Shown: positions 54,988 to 64,000 of the stretch, in pieces
Position numbering within the stretch: position 1 is the first letter of the stretch
Layout: every line of letters starts with the position of its first letter
Source: an uncultured Nitrospiraceae bacterium
GTDB lineage: Bacteria > Nitrospirota > UBA9217
Direction: 5' to 3'
Assembly: GCA_964412455.1 (NCBI GenBank)
Contig: CAYPOT010000009.1
Span: 5,179-69,178 of the forward strand
Length of the DNA stretch: 64,000 bases
The notes under the pieces: model-generated
Databases searched by the model: none
Told to the model about the DNA's origin: nothing
What the model saw: only the letters and a program-made list of their open reading frames with translations
Made by a program: the position numbers and the translations under genes

Positions 54988-55777
54988 ACGAAATATAAGC
55001 AATAACAACCGCGGGGTAGCGCTTCTGATCGCGCTGCTGGTCACGACGCTGCTCATGGCGCTCATTGTCGAGTTTGCCTACGGGACGCGGGTGAGCCTCC
55101 GCGCGGCGGTGAATTTCCGGGACAGCCAGCGGGCCTACTTTCTTGCGCGGTCCGGCGTGAACTTCGCGGGTAAGATCCTCGCCGAGAACCTGAAAAATGG
55201 AAAGCTCCAGGACAACCTGGAACAACGCGAGTGGCAGGTGGTGCCTATCGTGAGCGAAGGCGACACCGAGCTCCGGGTGCGCTGGGAGGACGAGGCAGGA
55301 AAGATCAATATTGCGCCCCCGTTCTACAATAACAACCAGGATTGGTTCGGGGAACTATTGTTCAATACGGTCGTCAGTCAGGAGGTCGTCGATAAGATCA
55401 AGGACGCAACAGGAAACAAGGTCTATCTTCTCGGCCAGCTTCATCAGGTCATGAGTGACGAGGAATACGGCAAAGTGCAGGATTTCCTGACAACGTACTC
55501 TGCCGGAGCGATCAACGTCAATACCGCAACGGAAACGGTCCTCAGGAGCGTGTTGAAAGGCAAGATAGCAACTCCGGACTTTATCATGATGAAGCGGAAA
55601 GATAAACCTATCCCCGATCTGGGCGGCATGGACATAAATAACGAGAGGTACTCGACGACAAGCAACACGTTCTTTGTCCAGTCCTACGCGACAGTCGGCG
55701 GGTATACGAAGAAGGCGGAAGCCATGATAACAAGGCACAGCGGGGGATTCACCGTTCAGTACTGGAAAATATTATGA
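54971..55777 (+). CDS. gspK: Type II secretion minor pseudopilin K
   Basis: RGVALLIALLVTTLLMALIVEFAY... is a GspK-type N-terminus. Start set at ATG 54971, downstream of the repeat-encoded ORF extension. Confidence 0.75.
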   Translation: MRSAEGRNISNNNRGVALLIALLVTTLLMALIVEFAYGTRVSLRAAVNFRDSQRAYFLARSGVNFAGKILAENLKNGKLQDNLEQREWQVVPIVSEGDTELRVRWEDEAGKINIAPPFYNNNQDWFGELLFNTVVSQEVVDKIKDATGNKVYLLGQLHQVMSDEEYGKVQDFLTTYSAGAINVNTATETVLRSVLKGKIATPDFIMMKRKDKPIPDLGGMDINNERYSTTSNTFFVQSYATVGGYTKKAEAMITRHSGGFTVQYWKIL

Positions 55778-57099
55778 AAGTTGTTGGCTTGAACATAGAC
55801 ACGGGGCGGCTTGCGGTCTCCGTGGTGCAGCGAAAGTTCGGCAAGTCCGAGCTGATGGATTCGTTCATCCGCTCCTTCGTCACCGACGCCGAACTGGTTG
55901 AGGTCCTCCGGGAGCAGTCTGCGGTCTGGGCAGGGGCGAAGATCGTCCTTGCCATCCCCGGCCGGTTCTTCAGCCAGCGCGTGCTCACGCTCCCTTTTGC
56001 CGACAGGAAACGCGTCGAGAAGGCCCTGCCTTTCGAGGTCGAGGACATCATACCTTTTGATCTCGAAGACGTCGTGCTTGATCATCTCGTGCTGGGGAGC
56101 GCGGGGGTCGGGAAGGAATCGGAAACGCAGGTGCTCTGCATGATGCTGCCGAAGGCGGTCCTGCGTCAACACCTGGACCTGCTGGCGGGCGCGGGGATCG
56201 ACCCCCAGGCCGTTGTGCCGTCCTATGCCGGGCTCTTTTCCATCGCGAACATGATGCCTATAGAGTCCGGCACGCTCCTGCTCTGCGGTTCCGACGCCTG
56301 CCTCAGGTCCCCGGTCGCGCTGAAGGCCCTCCGGAGCTTCTCCGGCAGCCAGTCCACCGGTGGTCTCCGTCATGTTCTGCAGGCGCTCGTGACCGAGCAT
56401 CGGGAGCCAGTGGAGAAGGCGGCGCTGCTGATCGACAATGAGGCTGCGCTGGCGGTCCTTGTCGAGGCCGGTGTTGCGGCGGAGCCGGTGACGCCGGAGA
56501 TCAACGGGAAGAAGGCGCAGGACCCGGTCAGCCTGGGGATCGCGCTCCTGGACGAGTTGAACTTCCGCAGGGGCGAGTTTGCGTATCGTGCGGCGGACGA
56601 AGGTACACGCCGCAAGAGGCGCATGCTCATCATCGCCGGGGCGGTCGCTGCCGTCCTGTTCACCGTGAATGTCGCGGTGAAACTGTCCATCGTCCGTTCC
56701 GGCTATGGAAAGCTCGACGCCGAGATCAAGGAGCTCTATCGTCAGACCTTTCCCGACGGCAGGCCGGCTGACGATCCAGTGAGGCAGATGCAGGACAAAA
56801 TGAACGAGGCGAAGAAGCGTTTCGGGGTTTTGGGCTCCGGGACATCGGCGCTGGACGTGATGAAGACGGTCACCGACGGCATCCCGAAAGAGGTCCGGGT
56901 CAATTTTACCGAATTCGTCCTGGAGAGCGAACGGCTGAAGCTCCAGGGAGAGGCGTCCTCGTTCGAGGCCGTGGACAAGATCAAGGCCGAGCTCCAGAAA
57001 TCGCCGCTCTTTGCCGATGTCGCGGTGCAGGATACCCGCATGGGTGTTGATAACAAGGTGAAGTTCCGGTTCGAGATGAAGTTGAAGCAGGGGATGTGA
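55774..57099 (+). CDS. gspL: Type II secretion protein L (actin-like cytoplasmic domain, TM, periplasmic domain)
   Basis: Position between gspK and gspM. MKVVGLNIDTGRLAVSVV PilM/GspL-like N-terminus, a single TM (MLIIAGAVAAVLFTVNVAV), and a start overlapping the gspK stop. Confidence 0.7.
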   Translation: MKVVGLNIDTGRLAVSVVQRKFGKSELMDSFIRSFVTDAELVEVLREQSAVWAGAKIVLAIPGRFFSQRVLTLPFADRKRVEKALPFEVEDIIPFDLEDVVLDHLVLGSAGVGKESETQVLCMMLPKAVLRQHLDLLAGAGIDPQAVVPSYAGLFSIANMMPIESGTLLLCGSDACLRSPVALKALRSFSGSQSTGGLRHVLQALVTEHREPVEKAALLIDNEAALAVLVEAGVAAEPVTPEINGKKAQDPVSLGIALLDELNFRRGEFAYRAADEGTRRKRRMLIIAGAVAAVLFTVNVAVKLSIVRSGYGKLDAEIKELYRQTFPDGRPADDPVRQMQDKMNEAKKRFGVLGSGTSALDVMKTVTDGIPKEVRVNFTEFVLESERLKLQGEASSFEAVDKIKAELQKSPLFADVAVQDTRMGVDNKVKFRFEMKLKQGM

Positions 57100-57107
57100 A
57101 CTCTTTC

Positions 57108-57188
57108 GTCATTCCAGTGGAAACGGGAATCCAGTCTTTGCATGCTGTTCCTTGGGTCCTGGGTACCCGCTGTCGCGGGTATGACGAC
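57108..57188. repeat. Family C hairpin repeats, inverted pair
   Basis: CGTCATTCCAGTGGAAACGGGAATCCAG ... CTGGGTACCCGCTGTCGCGGGTATGACGAC. Confidence 0.75.
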
Positions 57189-57259
57189 ATATAGTGAGTA
57201 CATTGCAGTTCGAAAGAAGGCTGACCGTGTTCATCCGTGGTTGCCCTTAGAGGTTTTAT

Positions 57260-57763
57260 TTGAAGCTGGAATCGAAGGATAAAAAGACACTCATCATCGG
57301 CGGATCGATCGCGGCGGCGATCCTGCTGTACGCGTTCGTCCTGTCTCCGTTCATGGAGGACCTTGGCCGGAAGCGCGACCTCATTCCGAAAAAGCAGCGC
57401 GACCTCGAGGACATGAAGAAGCTCCGCGACGAGTACGGGGAGATCCAGAAACAGCTGCAGCTGGTCCAGGACGCGGCTGCCAAGCGCGGCCCGCTCCTGA
57501 CGGAGATCGAGAACATCACGAAGCGAGCTAACCTGAACAGCAAGATCGTATCCCTCAAACCCCAGCCAGGGGCCCAGACCGACGGTTTCAAGGAGAGCAT
57601 CGTCGAGATCAAGCTCGACAACATCACGCTCTACGACGTGGTGAACTATGTCTACCTCCTGGAGAAAGCGACAGTCCGCGTCCGGAAGCTCTCGTTCAAA
57701 CCCCGGTATGATAACCCGAAGATCCTGAACGCCACGCTGCTCGTATCAAGCGCCGGTTTATGA
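57260..57763 (+). CDS. gspM: Type II secretion protein M
   Basis: TTG start. Single N-terminal TM (LIIGGSIAAAILLYAFVL) followed by a coiled-coil. Called by position after gspL. Confidence 0.6.
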   Translation: MKLESKDKKTLIIGGSIAAAILLYAFVLSPFMEDLGRKRDLIPKKQRDLEDMKKLRDEYGEIQKQLQLVQDAAAKRGPLLTEIENITKRANLNSKIVSLKPQPGAQTDGFKESIVEIKLDNITLYDVVNYVYLLEKATVRVRKLSFKPRYDNPKILNATLLVSSAGL

Positions 57764-57823
57764 TGGGTCAGTATTTTTTCACCTCCCCCTTGAGGGGGGA
57801 GGGTAGGGTGAGGGTGAAGAGAT

Positions 57824-58204
57824 TTGAAGAATAATCTTTTAGTACTCGCCAAAGACCTCAGGAAAAACTCAACTGACGCAGAACGACTATTGTGGAAACA
57901 TCTTCGAGGCAAGCAATTTGACAGGATGAAATTCAGAAGACAACAGCCGATTGGCAGGTATATTGTTGATTTCGTCTGTTTCGAAAGGAAAATAGTCGTT
58001 GAAGTCGATGGTGGTCAGCATACAGATGCGAAAGATCAGGATGCAATCCGGGATTCCTGGTTGCATGGTCAAGGGTACACGGTGTTTCGCTTCTGGAACC
58101 ATGATGTTTTGCAAAATATCGAAGGTGCGTTAATCAAAATCCTGAATCACCCTCCCCAAACCCCTCCCCTCAAGGGAGGGGATAATTATTATCATGATCG
58201 ATAG
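57824..58204 (+). mobile_element. DUF559 (Vsr-like endonuclease-domain) ORF bounded by ~35-nt imperfect inverted repeats
   Basis: LRKNSTDAERLLWKHLRGKQ...FRRQQPIGRYIVDFVC...VVEVDGGQH...GYTVFRFWNHDV is the DUF559 pattern. Flanks 57780-57816 and 58148-58181 are reverse-complement related (family B). Confidence 0.75.
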
Positions 58205-59024
58205 AACAACGCTCATTCGCAGGCTTTCCTTTGCCCTCTACTTCGTCATTGCCTTTCTGACGTTCCTTGTATTCCTGTTCCCTTTTGAGCGGATCAAAAC
58301 CAGGCTGGAATCAGAGGTCCGGTCGCGAACTCCGCTGGAACTGAGCATTACGCGCATTTCGCCGCTGTTTATAAACCGGTTCGTGCTCTCGGAGGTGGTT
58401 GTGGCCGACCGAACCGGCAGGGTGCTGTTCGAGAGCCCGTCGGTCCGCACGCATGTGTCGCTTTTCAGATTCCTCCGGGGCCTCCTGACCGTGAACATCA
58501 AGGCGAAGGCCTACGGCGGGGCCGTGTCCCTGAGAACGGAGCAGGGCGCGAAACGCCAGTACATCGCCCTGGACGCTGAAGGGCTGGACATCGGCTCGTA
58601 TACGCTCTTAAAGAACCTCGGCATCACGTTGTCGGGAAGGCTGGGCGGATCGTATGAGGCGACCGGAGATGCGGGCAAAGGACGTCTGGTGATCAAGAAC
58701 CTGGCGAGCCGCGAGCTCAAGATCATGGGGTTCCCGGTGCCGGACCTGGATTTCGATCAGGCGTGGCTCGAAGGCGAGGTCAAGGGGGACCGTTTCACCA
58801 TCCGGAAGCTGGAGCTCGACGGAAAAGAACTGAAGGTCCGGATCACGGGTGACCTGGTGATGCGGGAGCGGGGGACCCTCAATCTGGTGGTGAAGTTAAA
58901 GCCGTCGGAGCGTCTCGCAACGGAACAGGCAGGGCTTCTTTCATTCCTCAAGAACAGGGACGCCGAGGGGTTCTACCAGTTCACGCTCGGGGGAACGGTG
59001 ACTGAACCGATGCCGCGGCTGTGA
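58194..59024 (+). CDS. gspN: Type II secretion protein N
   Basis: N-terminal TM (FALYFVIAFLTFLVFLF), a GspN-like beta-rich body, and the last position in the operon. Confidence 0.65.
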   Translation: MIDRTTLIRRLSFALYFVIAFLTFLVFLFPFERIKTRLESEVRSRTPLELSITRISPLFINRFVLSEVVVADRTGRVLFESPSVRTHVSLFRFLRGLLTVNIKAKAYGGAVSLRTEQGAKRQYIALDAEGLDIGSYTLLKNLGITLSGRLGGSYEATGDAGKGRLVIKNLASRELKIMGFPVPDLDFDQAWLEGEVKGDRFTIRKLELDGKELKVRITGDLVMRERGTLNLVVKLKPSERLATEQAGLLSFLKNRDAEGFYQFTLGGTVTEPMPRL

Positions 59025-59069
59025 TCTTTTCGCACCCCTGTCCTGTCGTTCTACCGCATCTCTTTCCGC

Positions 59070-59870
59070 TCAGAATTTCAGGATGAACTTTACGCCGATC
59101 TCGGTAGAGTTGTTGTCCGGTTCGACCAGGCCCCAACCGGTGGGTGCTCCATAGTAGGTGAGGGGCTTCATATTCGATCTGTCGATCTTCCAATACTTGT
59201 AGAAGGGTTCGATGATGATGTCTTGTTTGCCGGACCGAACGAACCGGAGGGAGACGCGATAGCCGTGGCCCGTTGACTGCTGGTTCTCAACGTCATTGAA
59301 GCCTTGATCCGCGTCGCTCAGGTAGCTCTTTTGTGTCCCCGAGATGAATAGATCGTACTCGAGGGTATACCCGAAGCTCCAGTCGTCGCGGCTCTTTGGG
59401 GCGCCTTCAATGCCGATCGGGATGTAGAGATAGGTCGATTCCCGCCTATAGCCGCCGGGACCCTTGTTCGCTCCGTCGAACAGGTACCGGTAACCGAATC
59501 CTATATAGGGAAGGTAGTATTCCGACAGGTACACGAAATCAGTCGGACCGATAACCCCACGGGTCTCGAACATCGTGTCGCTGATGCCCTTCACGGTGAG
59601 CGATGTGCCATCCTGGTAGGAACCGACATAATCCACCTTGCCGGTGGTCAGAGTGCCATCGACCTTCCACATCAGCGCTTTGCCGATCCTGGCATAAGAG
59701 GCGTTTACCCCGTACATGTATCCGCTTTCCCGCATGAGGCCCGGCTCTTTGTAAGTTATGTGCGAGAGCTGTATCCCGGCGTCGAACATCTCGGGTTTCA
59801 AGGTGAGCGCTGATGCTTCGGACATCCCGGTCAGGACGAGGCATGCAACGAGCAGGACCGATCTTTTCAT
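59070..59870 (-). CDS. Outer-membrane beta-barrel protein
   Basis: Signal peptide (MKRSVLLVACLVLTGMSEA), alternating beta-strand pattern and a C-terminal ...FILKF. Confidence 0.6.
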   Translation of the reverse strand: MKRSVLLVACLVLTGMSEASALTLKPEMFDAGIQLSHITYKEPGLMRESGYMYGVNASYARIGKALMWKVDGTLTTGKVDYVGSYQDGTSLTVKGISDTMFETRGVIGPTDFVYLSEYYLPYIGFGYRYLFDGANKGPGGYRRESTYLYIPIGIEGAPKSRDDWSFGYTLEYDLFISGTQKSYLSDADQGFNDVENQQSTGHGYRVSLRFVRSGKQDIIIEPFYKYWKIDRSNMKPLTYYGAPTGWGLVEPDNNSTEIGVKFILKF

Positions 59871-60130
59871 TCTCTCCTCCGCGTACATGTTGGGGTTTCA
59901 GAAAACGATCAGGCGATGGCCGATCCGGTGCCATGCTGTTCATGAGAGCAGGTCATGAAAAAATGTCAAGAATGGCCCGCCCGTCAGGCAGGACAATGCC
60001 CCCGTCGCGTCATAGGCACTGACATGGTAGAGCGTGCTTCCGTTCATGTAGCCCAGTCCGAAGCCGAACAGGCCTTCACCCGACATAACCTTCGCCGGGC
60101 GAGTGTTGTTTTCCTGTGTCGTCGAAAACT

Positions 60131-61330
60131 TCAGAACCTTAACGCCAGACTCGCCGAGGCCTGCGCTTCCTGTTCCTCGAAGTCGTACGCACCAGCAAGG
60201 TCGAAGCGCAGGAAGAACACGCGCAGACCCAGCCCGGCCGTATAAACGACATTGGCGAGGTCGTTCGCTGTGTTCTTGTAGGCGCCTGCCCGAAGGCTCA
60301 GGATCTCGTTCAACACGGTGAGCTCGATTCCGCCCGCGATGGTCTGGTCCTCGGTGCTTTCCGTGAAGGACTTGTTCTTGGACAGGTCGAAGTCCGCCGA
60401 CAGCGTCAGGTTGTCGATGGGCTTCCAGGCCACGCCCGCCCGGTACTGGGGCTTGATCTCGATCTCGCCTGCCGCCACCGCCGCGAGTGACACGTCGCCC
60501 GTCCCGTTCTTCACCGCGGCAACTCCGGCGATTGGGAACGAAGGCGAATTGAGATACCGGCCCACGACGCCGATGTCGAGGCCGGCAACGGGCTTATACA
60601 GGATGCCCGCGTCGACCGAAGCCTTGCTGCTCGTCGTCTCGCTGTTATTCATGGTGTCGCTGAAGGTGTCATAATTGCCCGTGCGGATGCTTTCCGAATG
60701 GAGGAAGGTGCTGGCATAGATCATCTTGGCGTTGGCGCCGATCAGGACGTGGTCTCCCAGCGGGGTCGCAAAGGAGATGGCCGGTTCCACCAGGACGACG
60801 CCGACCGCGGTGACCGCCGAGTTGTTGTTCTGGATGGACGGCGTTGGCAGCGCAGTGCCCAGGTTCAGTGTGTCGATGGTTGGGAATATCTCCGCGTAGC
60901 CTATGCCGATCGCACTGAACGCCAGCGCTGAACTGGAAACGGGGAACGACACGAGCAGCCCTCCCGACACATCAGCGTTCGTGACGGCGTTCGGGCGGTC
61001 CAGGTCGAGGAGAAACGCCTTCAGTTCGTTCACGGCCGAATAGTTTAAGGCGTTCATCTCGTCGTAGATGACATTAATGCGGTCCCAGTTGTTGCTGAGG
61101 TCCATGTAGTCCCGGAGCGCCACGCCGACCGGGATGCGTATGTCCACCTTCCGGAAGTTGGCCAGCGCGGCCGGGTTCCAGTATACAGCTGTCGAGTCGT
61201 TCACCGCGGCCACCGACGCGCCGCCCATCCCGAGGGCCCGCGGGCCGAGGACGGCGAACTGCGCCGCCTGCGCCAGGACCGGGACTAGGACCAGTGAAAG
61301 TGCAAGCAGGACCGAACAATATCTTTTCAT
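60131..61330 (-). CDS. Outer-membrane beta-barrel protein (TraF/UPF0164-like)
   Basis: Signal peptide (..VLAQA), GPRALGMGGASVAAVNDSTAVYWNPAALA N-terminal motif and a C-terminal ...LALRF. Confidence 0.55.
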   Translation of the reverse strand: MKRYCSVLLALSLVLVPVLAQAAQFAVLGPRALGMGGASVAAVNDSTAVYWNPAALANFRKVDIRIPVGVALRDYMDLSNNWDRINVIYDEMNALNYSAVNELKAFLLDLDRPNAVTNADVSGGLLVSFPVSSSALAFSAIGIGYAEIFPTIDTLNLGTALPTPSIQNNNSAVTAVGVVLVEPAISFATPLGDHVLIGANAKMIYASTFLHSESIRTGNYDTFSDTMNNSETTSSKASVDAGILYKPVAGLDIGVVGRYLNSPSFPIAGVAAVKNGTGDVSLAAVAAGEIEIKPQYRAGVAWKPIDNLTLSADFDLSKNKSFTESTEDQTIAGGIELTVLNEILSLRAGAYKNTANDLANVVYTAGLGLRVFFLRFDLAGAYDFEEQEAQASASLALRF

Positions 61331-61454
61331 GACCATACCTCCCCTATCGAATATTGAGTGATGGAAGCATATCACGGAAGCTTTCATAAATCAAGGTTCC
61401 GGTTGGGAAATAGAATTTGACAACCCCTATGGTAAGCAATAGAATGACCGCACC

Positions 61455-62825
61455 ATGAAAGCAAAGGTCAAAACGGTCTATGTATGCCAGTCCTGCGGCT
61501 CGCAGTCGCCGCGGTGGATGGGAAAATGCCCCGACTGCAACCAGTGGAACACGCTGGTCGAGGAGCGGGTCGAGAAGCAGAAGGACATCGGGGCCGCCAA
61601 GCGCGGCAAGGGGTCGGAGCCGCTCTCCCTGAACGAGATCACGATCGGCGACGAGGACCGGTTCGTCACGAAGATCGGCGAGCTCGACCGGGTGCTGGGC
61701 GGCGGTATCGTGACCGGGTCCGTCGTGCTGATCGGCGGCGACCCGGGCATAGGAAAATCCACGCTGGTGCTTCAGATGCTCAGGCAGGTGTCGGAGCTTC
61801 GCGGCAAGGCGCTCTACGTATCGGGCGAGGAATCACCCGCCCAGATCAAGATGCGCGCGCAGCGCCTGGGCGTCAAGGCGGAGAACCTTTACGTACTGGC
61901 CGAGACGTCGCTCGACGAGATCCTGCGCGCTGCCGATGAGCTTCAGCCCCAGGTCATCGTTATCGACTCGGTCCAGACGGTCTATACGTCGGAGTTGCCG
62001 TCAGCTCCCGGGAGCGTGGGCCAGGTGCGCGAAGTGTCCGGCAGGCTCATGATCCATGCCAAGAAGACGGGCATCCCGACCTTCCTCATCGGCCACGTGA
62101 CCAAGGACGGCGCCATCGCCGGTCCACGCGTGCTCGAACATATCGTGGATACGGTTCTCTATTTCGAGGGCGACCGGGGCCATGCCTTCCGCATCCTGCG
62201 GGCCGTTAAGAACCGCTTCGGGTCCACGAACGAGATCGGCGTGTTCGAGATGAAGGAATCAGGTCTCGCCGAAGTGGCGAATCCGTCGGAGATGTTCCTT
62301 GCCGAGCGGCCGAAGGACGCAACGGGTTCCGTGGTCGTCTCGTCCCTCGAAGGCACGCGGCCCATCCTGGCCGAGCTCCAAGCGCTCGTAACCCCCACCA
62401 AGATGACCATGCCGCGCAGGACCAGCATCGGCGTGGACTACAACCGCGTATCGCTGCTCATCGCCGTGCTCGAAAAACGGGTCGGCATGCATCTCATGGG
62501 TATGGACGTGTTCGTGAACGTGGTCGGCGGCCTCAAGATCGACGAGCCCGCCGTGGACCTCGGCATTATCGCTGCTGTTGCTTCGAGCTTCCGTGATAAG
62601 CCTATCAACGCCAATACCGTCGTGATGGGCGAGGTGGGCCTTGCCGGAGAGGTCCGCGCCATCAGCCAGGCTGAGGTGCGGTTGAAGGACGCGGCGAAGC
62701 TCGGATTCACGCGGTGCATCCTGCCCGCAGTGAACGTGGAAAAGCTGGACAAGGCCGCGGGCCTCGGGAAGATGCAGCTCATGGGAGTGCGGACCGTGGA
62801 TGAAGCGATGGAGAGGTTGTTTTGA
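61455..62825 (+). CDS. radA: DNA repair protein RadA/Sms
   Basis: CQSCGSQSPRWMGKCPDC zinc finger, Walker A GDPGIGKST, KNRFG motif and a Lon-like C-terminal domain. Confidence 0.93.
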   Translation: MKAKVKTVYVCQSCGSQSPRWMGKCPDCNQWNTLVEERVEKQKDIGAAKRGKGSEPLSLNEITIGDEDRFVTKIGELDRVLGGGIVTGSVVLIGGDPGIGKSTLVLQMLRQVSELRGKALYVSGEESPAQIKMRAQRLGVKAENLYVLAETSLDEILRAADELQPQVIVIDSVQTVYTSELPSAPGSVGQVREVSGRLMIHAKKTGIPTFLIGHVTKDGAIAGPRVLEHIVDTVLYFEGDRGHAFRILRAVKNRFGSTNEIGVFEMKESGLAEVANPSEMFLAERPKDATGSVVVSSLEGTRPILAELQALVTPTKMTMPRRTSIGVDYNRVSLLIAVLEKRVGMHLMGMDVFVNVVGGLKIDEPAVDLGIIAAVASSFRDKPINANTVVMGEVGLAGEVRAISQAEVRLKDAAKLGFTRCILPAVNVEKLDKAAGLGKMQLMGVRTVDEAMERLF

Positions 62826-62939
62826 GGGACGGGTCGACAAGTTCCCAGGATTCGCGAAAATTGCCGATGAATGGTGTTGGATGTCGATGCAATTTGGTAT
62901 AGTATAAAAGAGAACGATCGTAATGCGGAGGTGTCAGAC

Positions 62940-63161
62940 ATGAAATTTACGAGAATAACCGTTGATCCTGAGGTAATGTTCGGAAAACCATGCATACGCG
63001 GTTTGCGGTTTCCCGTGTCCCGTGTTCTCGGGTTGCTTTCAGCCGGAGAATCAAAAGATTCAATTCTAAAAGCCTACCCCTACCTTGAGCCGCAGGATAT
63101 CGATGAAACGCTTGCATACGCGGCGGCGTTCGCGGATGAGGAAATCATGGAGTTTGCGTGA
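62940..63161 (+). CDS. DUF433 antitoxin-like protein
   Basis: ITVDPEVMFGKPCIRGLRFPVSRVLGLLSAGES...ILKAYPYLEPQDI is the DUF433 pattern. Overlaps the next gene by 4 nt. Confidence 0.7.
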   Translation: MKFTRITVDPEVMFGKPCIRGLRFPVSRVLGLLSAGESKDSILKAYPYLEPQDIDETLAYAAAFADEEIMEFA

Positions 63162-63522
63162 GATTTCTCATTGACATGCCGCTTTCACCGGGACTTGCAA
63201 CATGGCTCAGGGAACGCGGCCACGAGGCTGATCATGCGTCTGCTGTCGGTCTTCATAACGCAAAGGACCAGCGGATCATCGAGGTCGCGCGAGAACAGAA
63301 CCGCATCATTGTTACAGCCGACCTTGACTATCCTCAACTTCTTGCCGTTAGCCGCGCCAAAGATCCGGGTGTCTTTTGTTCCGAGGCGGAAACTACAATG
63401 AGCAAGAGATGCTGCGGCTTCTGGAACGAGTTCTTGAACGCTCTCCCGAAGAGAAGCTTCGCAATACTGTTACGGTTGTAGATAAAGTCCGGATCAGGCG
63501 TTGTCCGTTGCCGATAGACTAG
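63158..63522 (+). pseudogene. DUF5615 (PIN-like) toxin gene with an apparent frameshift
   Basis: MRFLIDMPLSPGLATWLRERGHEADH...IIVTADLDY is in frame with 63158. The family-typical C-terminus (LLFRGGNYNEQEMLRLLERVL...VVDKVRIRRCPLPID*) continues in another frame to 63522. The switch lies near 63362-63372. Confidence 0.6.
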
Positions 63523-63565
63523 TACAGTGTAAATTTAATTCCTGATGGTGTCGCGCCCTTTTTCT

Positions 63566-63644
63566 CGTCACCCCGGCATGATTTTAGCCGGGGTCCAGAG
63601 GTTTAAATCCCTGGATTCCGGCTTAGAACGTGCCGGAATGACGG
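63566..63644. repeat. Family C hairpin repeats, inverted pair
   Basis: CGTCACCCCGGCATGATTTTAGCCGGGGTCCAGAG ... CTGGATTCCGGCTTAGAACGTGCCGGAATGACGG. Confidence 0.7.
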
Positions 63645-63843
63645 CGTTGAACCATTAACAACTATGTTTACAGTGTACTAGAGTTGTCGAAAATCGCCTG
63701 ATACGATGCTCATGTCACCGCTTGCTGGCCGACATCCGGACCGTGGACGAAACGAGGGCGCGGCTGTTTTGAGAGGAAACTGCTCGACGAAGGCGCACCG
63801 AGTGAAAAGGCATGGTCAATTGTCGGTTCAGGAGGAAAAAGCC

Positions 63844-64000
63844 ATGAAGTGCGTTTTTTGCGATGGTGAAACGAAGAAACAGGCGGTGACGTTCAGTTAC
63901 GAAGAGGGCGACAGATACTTTCTTGTTGAACATGTTCCCGCCGAGGTATGCGAGCGGTGCGGTGAAAAGACATATTCGCCCGATGTCGCGGATGAGATGC
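63844..64000 (+). CDS. YgiT-type zinc-finger protein (MqsA-like antitoxin N-terminus), 3' end outside window
   Basis: MKCVFCDGETKKQAVTFSYEEGDRYFLVEHVPAEVCERCGEKTYSP shows the CxxC...CxxC YgiT pattern. Confidence 0.65.
   Translation, partial: MKCVFCDGETKKQAVTFSYEEGDRYFLVEHVPAEVCERCGEKTYSPDVADEM

Noticed and set aside
63660-63843. Possible small toxin ORF (DUF4258-type) upstream of the YgiT zinc-finger gene.
   Set aside because: No frame gives an ORF with a start codon and a recognisable toxin pattern. The region is partly occupied by family C repeats.

Overview
GC-rich bacterial chromosome segment; the taxon cannot be fixed from this window. All family calls come from motif recognition in the supplied translations; no database search was run. 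The conserved backbone is uppS-cdsA-dxr-rseP-ispG ... proS, a NifU-like gene, a PilB/GspE-type ATPase, a CNNM/CorC transporter, mdh, two-subunit class I fumarate hydratase, apt, a four-gene cytosolic [NiFe]-hydrogenase operon, MurNAc-recycling genes, a complete type II secretion operon (gspC-N), two outer-membrane barrels and radA. Two accessory islands interrupt it. (1) The ispG-proS gap (about 5263-13823) carries two TA modules, a proS 5' remnant, an ispG 3' remnant and a sharply AT-rich five-gene operon at 7116-13782. That operon encodes an HD hydrolase, an SPPY DNA methyltransferase, a membrane-anchored orphan, a carbamoyltransferase::ASCH fusion and a HEPN protein. It is my best candidate for an undescribed nucleic-acid-modification or defence system. 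(2) The apt-hydrogenase gap (about 23370-32700) carries several TA modules, DUF3800, a nuclease-helicase three-gene cluster and a two-gene cassette flanked by a duplicated hydrogenase 3' end. Other notable signals are a NifU-like ORF with an in-frame UGA at the CxxC position followed by a SECIS-like hairpin, and several families of intergenic repeats that fill nearly every junction of the gsp operon. No rRNA, tRNA, CRISPR array, integrase or transposase was recognised.
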